Assembly: GCA_964291625.2 (NCBI GenBank)
Contig: OZ220089.1
Span: forward strand, 4,160,001 to 4,224,000
Length of the DNA stretch: 64,000 bases
Reading direction: 5' to 3'
DNA from: Candidatus Latescibacterota bacterium
GTDB lineage: Bacteria > Latescibacterota > UBA2968 > UBA8231
The position numbers and the translations under genes were made by a program. Under the pieces are notes generated by a model. That model saw only the letters and a program-made list of their open reading frames with translations, had not been told where the DNA came from and ran no database searches. Each line of letters begins with the position of its first letter. The stretch's first letter is position 1. Of this stretch, positions 50,729 to 61,100 are shown piece after piece.

Positions 50729-53527
50729 TTGACGACTGGCAGGACGTCGGGGGTGCTGAGTCTCGTGGTGCTCATCGCCACGATGCAGGCGTCCGATCTG
50801 TTCGGTCAGGCCGGCCGGCGACTCGGAGAGCGGCGGGGGGGAGAGATCACCTACGAACCCAGGGGCCCCGGGGTCATCTTCGACGCCCTCGATCCGGCCC
50901 TCAGGAAATGGTACGTGCCGCAGGAGCTCTACGAGCTGTACGGCTGGCAGCAGTGGCAGTACTCCAACTACGCCCGCACACCGTACCAGCGGTACGTGGG
51001 CACCGACCGCGAGGGCGACCCCTTCTACGATCTCTACGGCAACTACCTGACCCGGGGCTGGCTGATCTGGGACTGGAACCAGAGCCAGCCCGGCCAGTTC
51101 GGTTCCTCCCTCTACAAGGATCCCAGGTTCGCCGGCTGGTTCAGCAGCGTTCTCGTGAGTTCGGATTCGAGGGGCCAGTTCCACTACGCCATCACCGCCG
51201 GGAATCAGATCCGGACGGCGTTGACGCCGCTCACCTTCTCGAAGCCGATCTTCAACGGCCTGCAGATGGACCTGGCCACGGACAAGTACCGCGGCACCCT
51301 TCTGTTCTCGCGGATCAGCTCTCCGGTGGCCAGCACCACGTCCTCGAGGGAGCCCAGGACGGTCACCAACGCCACCAACCTGATGGGGGGGCGGGTCGTG
51401 GCCGAGGTCGGGGACTTCGTGGAGGTGGGAGCGACCCTGGTGAACGCCCACAACTCCCAGACCTTCGAGGACGCCTTCGAGCGGAACCCGCTCCAGGGCG
51501 CGCTGGCTGCCAACCAGGGAGCGGTCCCGGTTCGCCGCCTGGCCCTGGTTCTGAGCGACGATTCACCGGAGGACGGAGTGGCCGGCGCCGCCCTGTTCTC
51601 GCACGAGATCATCGTGACCACGGAGGACCCGGCCACCGGGAGGCGGCAGGAGATCCGCCAGCGGGCCCTGGCGACCGATCCGGCCCGGTGGCCCGTGGTC
51701 AGCGGCGGGTTCCACCACGAGGGTTTCCAGAGCGCCGACGGGGACGAGAAGATCGTCATCAGCTACGACCTCAACGACATCTCCTACACCGGGCCGCGTC
51801 CGGGCACGATCACCAGGATCACCTTCGAGGTGGTGGTGGCCAACGACTACCGCATCCAGGTCTGGTCCGACCGTCAGACCGGACTGCGCCCCACGCCCAG
51901 CCTGCCGCTCAGCGGCGAGGATATCGACGAGCTCGCGCCGGCCCTCTTCGAAGTGGCAAGGGCCGCGGGCAATGTGTCGGACAACTCCAACCAGACCCGG
52001 CTGGTCTTCGAGTACGGCCTGCCCACGGCGAACATGGTCTACGGGTTCACCGTGGACGTGAAGGAGGTGATGGGCTTCGATGCCTACGCCGAGCTGGCCA
52101 TCAACCGGTCCTGGCACCAGTTCCCCAACCCCGCCCTGGCCCAGGCGGACCGCGCCCTGTCGGGCCACTCCAGGGATGCAGAGGCATGGATGGTCAACGT
52201 GTCGAAGGTGGACTACCCGTTCTTCGCCTTCGGAGAAGCGTTCAGCCTGGATCCCGACTACTCCACCACGGCGTACCTCGTGGACAGCGAAGGGGACGTC
52301 CTCTACGACCATACGACCCGGCACCTCTACGAGTTCGTCGACGACAATGACGACCAGGACCGGTTCCCCGACTGGAGCCGGTGGCAGCAGGGCTCCGGCG
52401 ATGCCAACGTCTTCCCGGGATGGGACGAGAACAACGACTTCGTGTCGGACTTCAATCAGAACGACAGCAACATCCTGTCGAACCGCATCCCCGACTACGA
52501 GGAGCCCTTCTTCCGCTACCACTCGGACCGGCCCGAGTTCCTCTTCGGTATCGACCTGAACAACAACCACTGGGTCGACCGCTTCGAGAACGACGATCTG
52601 GCCGACTACCCCTACAAGCGGGACCAGCGGGGGTACAACGTCTACGGCGGCCTCTTCGCGACCCCCGGCGTCAAGGCCTCCCTGGGGCGCATGCGGGTCG
52701 ACGCCCTCTCCTCCGACCGGAAGAACCACACCACGTACGGACTGGTCACCGTCACCCACGACGATCCGCGCTTCGGCCGGGTCCGGATCTACGACATGCT
52801 CAAGCGGACCCGGGACACCATACCCGACGACCGCCGCGAGATGACTCCCTACCTCGGTCTCGCCACGGGCAATCTGATCAACATCGAGGATCAGCTCCCG
52901 GCGCGCGATACCTGGGTCAACTCGGCCTACCTGGAGTTGAGTCTCCGCCCGGTGGGGGAGATGAAGGCGGTGACCAAGCTGAAGCACGACCTGTACGCCC
53001 AGCAGGGAGACGCCCACGAACGGGGGGTCGGGCCCGTGCTCGAGGACCGCACCCATTTCTTCGGGATCATCAACAAGGCGGACTACACCTGGCGCGCCCG
53101 CAGCCTGGAGGTGCAGCCCAGGATCAAGAGCGAGTACCTCAACCAGACGCCCTTCATCCTGGACGGAGACGAGCGCCGGGAGTGGACGGGCACGGGCATC
53201 CTGCTGCTGCGGCATCCCATGTTGGGCGCCTCCTCCCTGGAGGCGGGGCTGGAGTACCACCGCGTTGCGGACCTGATGCTGAACGAGGAGGAGGCCCTGG
53301 CCGCCAACCGCGTGGGGGCCACGGGCGACTCCCGCAGCCTGGTGCTGGCCGCCCAGTGGTCCACCGTCGGCGAATACCAGGGATATACGCTGATCACCCG
53401 ATTCGGCATCATGTACACCCGGGTCTGGGACGAGTTCATCACCGCCGGCGGCCTGGGAGCCTCGGTGAAGGAAGACCGGGGCCGCGAACTGAGCACCACC
53501 TTCATCACCATAAACGCCGGACTGTGA
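50729..53527 (+). CDS. Large secreted hypothetical protein, putative outer-membrane beta-barrel with Asp/Asn-rich Ca-binding loops (paralog A)
   Basis: TTG start after GAGGAGG, signal peptide, DDNDDQD/DENNDFVSD/DLNNNHWVD loops, amphipathic strands at the C-terminus ending FITINAGL. Confidence 0.75.
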   Translation: MTTGRTSGVLSLVVLIATMQASDLFGQAGRRLGERRGGEITYEPRGPGVIFDALDPALRKWYVPQELYELYGWQQWQYSNYARTPYQRYVGTDREGDPFYDLYGNYLTRGWLIWDWNQSQPGQFGSSLYKDPRFAGWFSSVLVSSDSRGQFHYAITAGNQIRTALTPLTFSKPIFNGLQMDLATDKYRGTLLFSRISSPVASTTSSREPRTVTNATNLMGGRVVAEVGDFVEVGATLVNAHNSQTFEDAFERNPLQGALAANQGAVPVRRLALVLSDDSPEDGVAGAALFSHEIIVTTEDPATGRRQEIRQRALATDPARWPVVSGGFHHEGFQSADGDEKIVISYDLNDISYTGPRPGTITRITFEVVVANDYRIQVWSDRQTGLRPTPSLPLSGEDIDELAPALFEVARAAGNVSDNSNQTRLVFEYGLPTANMVYGFTVDVKEVMGFDAYAELAINRSWHQFPNPALAQADRALSGHSRDAEAWMVNVSKVDYPFFAFGEAFSLDPDYSTTAYLVDSEGDVLYDHTTRHLYEFVDDNDDQDRFPDWSRWQQGSGDANVFPGWDENNDFVSDFNQNDSNILSNRIPDYEEPFFRYHSDRPEFLFGIDLNNNHWVDRFENDDLADYPYKRDQRGYNVYGGLFATPGVKASLGRMRVDALSSDRKNHTTYGLVTVTHDDPRFGRVRIYDMLKRTRDTIPDDRREMTPYLGLATGNLINIEDQLPARDTWVNSAYLELSLRPVGEMKAVTKLKHDLYAQQGDAHERGVGPVLEDRTHFFGIINKADYTWRARSLEVQPRIKSEYLNQTPFILDGDERREWTGTGILLLRHPMLGASSLEAGLEYHRVADLMLNEEEALAANRVGATGDSRSLVLAAQWSTVGEYQGYTLITRFGIMYTRVWDEFITAGGLGASVKEDRGRELSTTFITINAGL

Positions 53528-56405
53528 TGTCCGGGCTTCCCGAAGGGCGCACGGTGCGGCCCGGGCTGGCCGCGGGCCCCTCGCGGACCCTCGTTCTCGC
53601 CGCCCTCGCGGTGGCCCTGGTCGCCGGCCCCGGCGCCGCCCGGTGGGACTACGGGAACCGCCTCGGCCTCCGCGAGGGCGGCCGGGTGAGCTACTACCCG
53701 GCGGCTCCCAGCATCGACGCGCAGACCTTCGATCCATCTCTGAAGAAGTGGTACAGGCCCCAGCAGATCGCCAACCAGTACCGCTGGCGCTGGGAGGAGA
53801 CCAACTACGCCCTCCAACGCTACCTGCGTTACCTGGCCACCGATCAGGAGGGCGACCATCAGTACGATCTCTACGGCAGGTTGCTCACCCGGGGTTGGCT
53901 GATCTACGACTGGCAGCAGAGCCGTCCCCGCACGTCGGAAGGGAACCTGCTCCACAAGACCGGGGAGTACAAGGACCTTCTCGGTTCCCTCGTGGTCTCT
54001 TCCGACGCCAAGGGGCAGCACTTCTTCCGGGTGACCGTGGGCGACGAGATCAGCACGACCCTGACGCCCATGACCTTCCGGAAGACGGCCTTCAACGGGG
54101 TCCAGTTCGACTACATGTCCGATCGCGGCTCGGCGACGGCCCTCATGTCCCGGGTCAACATCCCGCTGGTGGAGCCGAGGGCCAGTTTCGTCGACGAGTT
54201 CACCACCCTCGTCGGTCTCCGGACCGTCTGGAACGCCGCCGACTTCGTCCGCATCGGGGGGACCTTCGTGAACGCCCACAACGGGCGGAGCTCGACCCGT
54301 CCCTTCGACGGCAGTCCCTACACGGGGAGGCTGAGCTCCCACCAGGCGGGCGCCCGCATCAACCGGATCACGGTGCAGATCAGCGACGACTCCCCGGCAG
54401 ACGGCGGGGCCGGTCCCGCCCTCTACGCCCACGACATCGAGATCACCACGCGCATAGGGGAGCTGGACACGGTGCTGGTGGGCAGCCGGACCGGGTTCCA
54501 CCCGAGGGTTTCGGGCGGGGTCGCCCGGGACGGCTTCCTGGCAGCCGAAGGCGCCGGCGACCTGGGGCGGATCCGGCTGGAATACGTCTTCGCCGATCTG
54601 GAGGCGGCGGTGCCCCTGGCCGACGTGGTGAACAACATCAGCCAGGTCCGCTTCCGGATGGTCCTGAGCAACGACTACAAGGTGGAGGTCACCTCCGACC
54701 AGCAGACGGACAACGCCCTCTTCGAGCCGCGTCCGGTCTTCCGGACCCTGGCGCGGGCGCCGGGGAACGTGAAGGACCACTCCAACCTGGGCTCCGTGGT
54801 CTTCGACTACGGACTGCCCACGGCCACCCAGGTCCTCGGCTTTACGGTGGAGGCCGACGATCTGGCCGGGTTCCGGCTCTACGGCGAGTTCAACGTGAAC
54901 CACCGCTACCGCAAGTACCCCGACGTGAGCCGCGGCACCCACACCACCTCGTCCGGCATCGGCGGCCATCCCTACGCCGAAGGGTGGATGGTCAACGTGG
55001 CCAGGGTCCTCTACCCGTACTACGTCTTCGGCGAGGCCTTCGGCATGGACGCCGAGTACTCGACGTCCATGCGGTTCCTGGACACGGCGGGCCGCGTCGA
55101 CTACTCGGACACGCCCCGGGCCAGGTCCCGCTACCTCTACGACCTGGTGGACGACAACGACGACAACGACCGCAAGAACGACCAGAAGCGCATCTTCGAC
55201 GACGGCCGCACGGGAGGGGAGCGGGGCCTGGGCGTGGTGCGCGGGTTCGAGGGGTACGCGGACGAGGCGGTCTTTCCCGGCCTCGACGAGAACAACGACT
55301 TCATCTCCGATTTCAACCAGAACGACACCCGGGAGCGGCCCAACCACATCCCCGACTACGCCGAGCCCTTCCTGCGCTACAGCGTCGACCGGCCCGAGTA
55401 TCTCTTCGCCGTGGACATGAACAACAACGGCTGGGGAGACCGTTTCGAGAACGACGACGAACCCGACTACCCGTACAAGCGGGACCGCCGCGGATACAAC
55501 GTGTACGGCGGAGCGTGGATCCTGCCGGGGGCCAAGGTCACCGCGGGCCACCAGCGGGTGCGCCGCCCCTCGACGGGCGAGACGAACGCGACCAGCTATG
55601 CCCTTCTCGCCTTCGAGGGCAGCTATCCCGGCGTGGGCGAGCTGACCGTCTACAACATGCTCAAGCGGGTCGAGGACGACATCCCGGACGACCTCTTCCA
55701 GTGGCTCCAGGGGAGGTTCAGGGTCGCGGGCATGACCCCGGTACCGGACCCGCTGGCCATGCCGGACACCTGGGTCAACAAGCTCGCCCTCGGCTTCGAG
55801 CGCCTCGGGAACACCGGCATCAACTCGGAGAGCAGGCTGATCCACGAGGTGCTGCGGCAGCGGCGGGAGCTCACCGCGGATCGGGGGGGCGGAGGATCCC
55901 GAAGAGCACCCGGCGCCTCGGTCTGATCAACAAGCTGGACTGGCTCCATGCCCTGGGCCACGGCATCCAGCTCCGTCCGCGCTTCAAGCACGAGCTGTTC
56001 CTGGACGATACCCCCTACAACACGGAGTGGCTCCTGAACGACCGGGTCTTCGAGCGCCGGGAGTGGGCCGGCATGGCCTCCCTGCGGCTGGACATCCCGG
56101 TGCTGAGCCACAGCACGGTGATCGTCGGCCTGGAGCAGGTCGTCTTCCGCGACCTGGCCCAGCGGGAGGTCGCCTTCGACGAGGACCCCGTGGCGGGCCT
56201 GAATCCGGGCGATGCCACGGGGGACTTCGATGAGCTGTCCCTCGCCTTGCAGCTGGCCAATGCGAGCACGTACATGGGATACAGACTGATGGCCACCATC
56301 GGGATTCGCGTGGACAGACGGAAGAGCGACACCTTCGCCGCCAGGGACCGCTCGGATACAAGCGGTCTGTCCTTTTTCACCGTCTACGCAGGATTGAGGG
56401 AATGA
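53527..56405 (+). CDS. Paralog B of the putative beta-barrel, with an apparent frameshift at the G7 run 55883-55889
   Basis: Collinear with paralog A (YDLYGxxLTRGWLIxDW; DYPYKRDxRGYNVYGG). After the G-run, a different frame carries GLINKLDW (paralog A: GIINKADY) and ends FTVYAGLRE. Confidence 0.72.
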
Positions 56406-58081
56406 TGGGACCAGCCGGAGCGGTGCTGATCCTGGCCGCGGGGGCGGTCCTGGCCGGTTGCGGGGAAGACCCCCGCGGGCCGGTGCTGGCCGAGGTGGGG
56501 GACTCCCGCATCCACGCGTCCGACCTGCGCCGCTACGAAGAGCGCCTGGCCGAGAGCCTGAGGTCCCGGGAGGCGGGCATCGAAGGCCGGCGGCAGCATC
56601 TGCAGGCCCTGATCGACAAGGAGATCCTCATTCGGGAGGCGGCGGCGCGGGGATGGGACCGGGACCGCGACATGCGCCGCAGGCTGGAGCGCGAATGGAC
56701 CCGGCGGCTGGTGCAGGAGTTCCTGGCCCGGGAGGTGGATGCCAGGATCACCCTCGAGGAGCAGGAGGTCCGGGACCAGTACCTCAAGAGCGGACGAGAC
56801 CGCGCGGTCCGGTGCGGCCGGATCGATGTCGGGACCAGGGAAGAGGCCGAGGAGATCGTGCGCCTCCTCGAGGGCGGCGCCGACTTCGGGGAGTTGGCGA
56901 GGCAGCGCTCGACCCACCGTCCGACGGCGGCGCAGGGGGGCCTCTACACCGGCTACGTCACCCGGGACCAGATCCCCCTGGCCATCATGCGGGAGCAGGT
57001 CTATCCCCTCGAGAAGGGGGAGATCTCCGAGCCGCTGCCCCTCCCGGGCGGCTCCTACGGCGTGTTCCAGGTCGTGGAGGAGGTGACGGTTCCCCTCGAA
57101 CGGGTGCGGCGCCTGGTGGAAGCCGAACTCCACCGGGAGAAGGCCCGCGTCCGGTCCATGGAGCTGGGCCGGGAACTGCGGGATGCCCTGGACGCGCGTC
57201 CCCGGGAAGACGGTTTCGAGCTTCTCGCCGCGCGTCTGGAGAGCGGGGCCAGCTCGCTCTCCGAGGCGGAGCGCGGCGCGGTCCTCTACGAGTTCGACGG
57301 CGGCGCCGTCACCGTGGGGGAGCTCGTCGACTCGGCCCGCGAGAACTACCGGCGGTTTTCCGGCGACGCGCGGGAGCAGGTGCGGTGGTTCGCGGAGTCC
57401 GTCCTGGTTCCTCGGGCGCTGATCGTGCAGGCCGCCCGCAATGCCGGCATCGACCGCGAGCCGGGGATGGCCGCCTGGCGCCGGGCCAGGGAGCACGAGC
57501 GCCTGCTGACGGTCATCCGGAGAGAGGTGACCGACGACGTCTCCGTGGCCGAGGCCGAGGCCCGGCGCTTCCATCGCGAGAATCCGCGGCTCTTCGTCCC
57601 CCAGGAGGATCTGACGCTGGACGAGATCCTGGTGGCGACACGGGAAGAGGCGGTTGCGGTCCGCCGCCGGATCGAGGCCGGTGAGGACCTGCGGCTCCTG
57701 GCCCTGGAGCACACCCTGCGGCACCAGGCCATTCCGGACAGCGGGAGATTCCACCTCCATGAGTACGAGAGAGAGGCCCACGAGGCCCTCTTCGAAGCCG
57801 CTCGGGGAGCCGCGCCGGGCGACCTGGTGGGTCCCGTCGAAGTGGAACTGCCGGCGTCAGGAGACCGCTTCCATTCGGTGTTCCGGGTCGTCGAGTCGAC
57901 CCTCGGCGCCGGCCCCCGGCCCTTCGCCGAGGTCGAGACCCGCGCCCGGGCGATGGTCCTGCGCCGCAAGCGCGATGCGGCCTTCTACCGGTTTCTGGGG
58001 GAGTTGCGGAAACGGTACGAGTCCCAGGTCAGGATCCACGAAGAGAGCCTGAAAGCGCTGGTACGACAGGAGGGCAGCTGA
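56402..58081 (+). CDS. Parvulin-type peptidyl-prolyl cis-trans isomerase lipoprotein (PrsA/SurA-like, two rotamase domains)
   Basis: Lipobox LAGC, VLAEVG, GADFGELARQRS...GGL...GEISEP, and a second domain EILVAT...GEDLRLLALEHT...GDLVGPV. Confidence 0.88.
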   Translation: MMGPAGAVLILAAGAVLAGCGEDPRGPVLAEVGDSRIHASDLRRYEERLAESLRSREAGIEGRRQHLQALIDKEILIREAAARGWDRDRDMRRRLEREWTRRLVQEFLAREVDARITLEEQEVRDQYLKSGRDRAVRCGRIDVGTREEAEEIVRLLEGGADFGELARQRSTHRPTAAQGGLYTGYVTRDQIPLAIMREQVYPLEKGEISEPLPLPGGSYGVFQVVEEVTVPLERVRRLVEAELHREKARVRSMELGRELRDALDARPREDGFELLAARLESGASSLSEAERGAVLYEFDGGAVTVGELVDSARENYRRFSGDAREQVRWFAESVLVPRALIVQAARNAGIDREPGMAAWRRAREHERLLTVIRREVTDDVSVAEAEARRFHRENPRLFVPQEDLTLDEILVATREEAVAVRRRIEAGEDLRLLALEHTLRHQAIPDSGRFHLHEYEREAHEALFEAARGAAPGDLVGPVEVELPASGDRFHSVFRVVESTLGAGPRPFAEVETRARAMVLRRKRDAAFYRFLGELRKRYESQVRIHEESLKALVRQEGS

Positions 58082-58104
58082 AGCGCCGTGCGGCCCGGGG
58101 GCTG

Positions 58105-61100
58105 ATGCGGCGGCTGGTCGTCTGGCTGACGCTGCCGGTGCTGTGCGCCGCCGCCCGGGCGGACGCGGACGGCATCCGCGCCACCGTGGAGTTCATGGCC
58201 TCCGTCGGCTCCCGGGTCAGTGGCTACCCGGGCAGCGACCTGGCCGCCGACTACGTGGCCGACGCCTTCGCCGCCGCCGGCGTCCGCGAGGTCGCCGTCG
58301 AGGAGTACCCGATCACCGTGCCCCTCGACCGCGGCGGCGAGCTCACCCTCACCGCCTCGGGCGAGCGCTTCCGCCTCCACGGCCTGTGGCCCAACCACGT
58401 GCGGACCCCCACGGTGCCGGATTCCGGGCTCTCCGGTCACCTGATCTACGGCGGGGAAGGGCGCCTGTCCGAGTACGCGGGCCTCGAGCTCGCCGGCAGC
58501 ATCGTCCTCCTCGAGTTCAACACGGGCAACCGCTGGCTGGAGGCCGCCTCCCTCGGGGCCCGCGCCATCCTGTTCATCGAGCCGCAGGCCACCTCCGGGC
58601 GCGAGGCGGGGGCCAAGTTCGTCTCCGTCCCCCTCGACATACCGAGGCTCTGGATCGACGCCGCCGCCGGCGCCCGCCTGAGGGACCTGGCGGAGGACGG
58701 ACCCCTCGAGGCGCGCCTGGGGAGCCGCATGGACTGGGTCTCGCGGAAGGGCCGCAACATCTGGGGCGTGGTCCCCGGTCACCACCCCGAGCTCGGGGGG
58801 GAGACGATCGTCGTCCAAGCCTACTACGACGGCATCTCCATCGTCCCGGCCCTGGCGCCCTCGGCCGAGACCGCCGGCGGCGTCGCCGCCCTGCTGGAGC
58901 TGGCCCGGCATCTCCAACGCCGCCCGCCGGCGCGGACCGTCGTCCTGGTGGCGACCGGGGCCCACTTCCTCGCCCGGCGGGGGATCGTCGACTTCCTCGA
59001 CCGCCATGCCCGCACCCACGAGGAGTACGCCGGGCTCATGGAGAAGCCCCTCGATCCGGCCCTCTTCATCGGCCTGGACCTGACCAGCGGCAGCGATCGC
59101 ATCGGCATCTGGAACAACACCGACCGCTACGACATCAAGCGGTTCTACGTCCCCTTCGGCCGCGCCTTCACCGCCTACGCCGAGGCGGCGGCGCCCCTCC
59201 TGGGGCGCAGGGCGGAGCGCGCCCTGGTCAACGGCATCAGTCCCCTCAAGGGCCTCGACTGGTCGACCTACGTGCCCGGGGGGGTCACCGTGGACGGCCA
59301 GGTGGCCATGGCCGCGGGGCTCGTGGCCCTCTCCTTCGTCACCATCGGCGACGGCCGCTTCGTCGTCGACACGCCCCTGGACCGGCCGCAGCGGGTCGAC
59401 TTCGACAACCTGTCCCGGCAGAGCGCCTTCCTCAACCAGATCCTGAGCCGGGCCTTCGACGATCCCCGGCTGCTGGCCGACCTGGAGGACTTCGGCCCGG
59501 TCCTGAAGGACGAGCTGCGCACCTTCCGCGTCGACGTGCGCGCCTTCCCGCGCCGCAGCCAGGTGCCCGACCGGATCGTCGAGGGGGCCATCGTCGCCCT
59601 GGGCGCGGGCGCCGCGCGGCGGGCCGGGCCGGGCTTCAAGCCCCACAAGGGAGTGCGCGCCTTCCGCTTCCACCTGGCCGACGGCAACGGCAGCGCCGTG
59701 ATCCCCGGGCTGCCCCTCGGGGCCGTGCCGGTGAGCGCCTACGTCCTCGACCCCGAGACCGGCGATGTCGTCTACGCCCCCGACAGCGGCGAGCGCGCCG
59801 GCAGGCACCACGGCAAGAAGCTGGCCCAGGCGATCCGCTTCGCCGGCGAGCACAAGACCCTCGTCGTCTTCCCCTGCGCGTCCCGGCCCTTCTACGGCCT
59901 CGTCGACCCCCGATCCCTCACGGCCGTCCGGCAGATCCGGGTCGTGAACCACACGGGCGTGGCGCCCAAGGAATACGGCGTGGCCAGGGGCGAAGGCGTC
60001 CGGGAGCCGGTGGCGGTGGCCTTCGCCGCGGCCGACGACAGCCTCATGTACCTCATGTCGGACAGCATGATTCTCACCAACAGCCGCACCGACCCGCGCG
60101 GCACCGGGTACGTGGTCGGCCGGGACCCTCTCGAGCGCACCGACTACCTGGCGGTGCAGGACATGTGGCGGATCAACGACGAGCGCCTGGCGGCGATGCG
60201 CGACCACGCCATCGAGAATCCGCGGCTGGCGGCGCTGCACGCCTGGGGACGCGAGCTGATCGACCAGGCCGGGGCCGCGGCCGAGAGGCGGGACTGGGAC
60301 GCCTTCATGTCCAGGGTGCGGGCCGCCCGGGGCGTCACCTCGCGGGCCTACCCGGACGTGATGGCCACTCTGAACGACGTCATCAAGGGGCTCGTGTTCT
60401 TCCTCGCCCTGGTGCTGCCGGCCGCCTTCTTCGGCGAGCGTCTGGTCTTCGCCGCCGCCGACATCCGCTGGCAGCTGTCCGGCTTCGCCCTGATCATGGC
60501 GATCGTCTGGGCGGCCATCTCCCAGGTCCATCCGGCCTTCGACATCGCCCATCCGGCGATCATCCTCCTCGCCTTCGCCATCATGGCCATGGCCGTCTTC
60601 GTCTTCGCCATGATCTTCTCGCGCTTCAACCACTACGTGGAGGAGTTCCATGCCCGCGCCTCCCAGGTGCACCGGGCCGACATCAACCGCGTCAGCGCCT
60701 CCTACGCCGCCTTCATGCTCGGCATCTCCAACATGCGGCGCCGCAAGCTGCGCACGACTCTGACCCTGGTGACGTTGACCCTGCTCACCTTCACCGTCCT
60801 CTCCTTCACCTCCTTCCGGCAGCAGCTCGCCTTCCTCGCCTTCCCCACCGCCCACGAGGCCCGTCACGAGGGGGTCCTGATCCGCCACCCCGGCTGGAAG
60901 GAGCTGTCGTCTCCGACCCTCGACTACGTGCGCTCCCACTTCTCCCGCCATGGCGTCGTGAGCCCGCGCAACTGGCTGGTGGCCGACGCGGGCAAGCCGA
61001 AGAGCTACATCGAGGTCCAGGGGAAGGCGGGCACGGTGCGCGCCGCCGGCCTGCTGGGACTGTCGCCGCAGGAGCCCCGGGTCACCGGCATCGACGAGGC

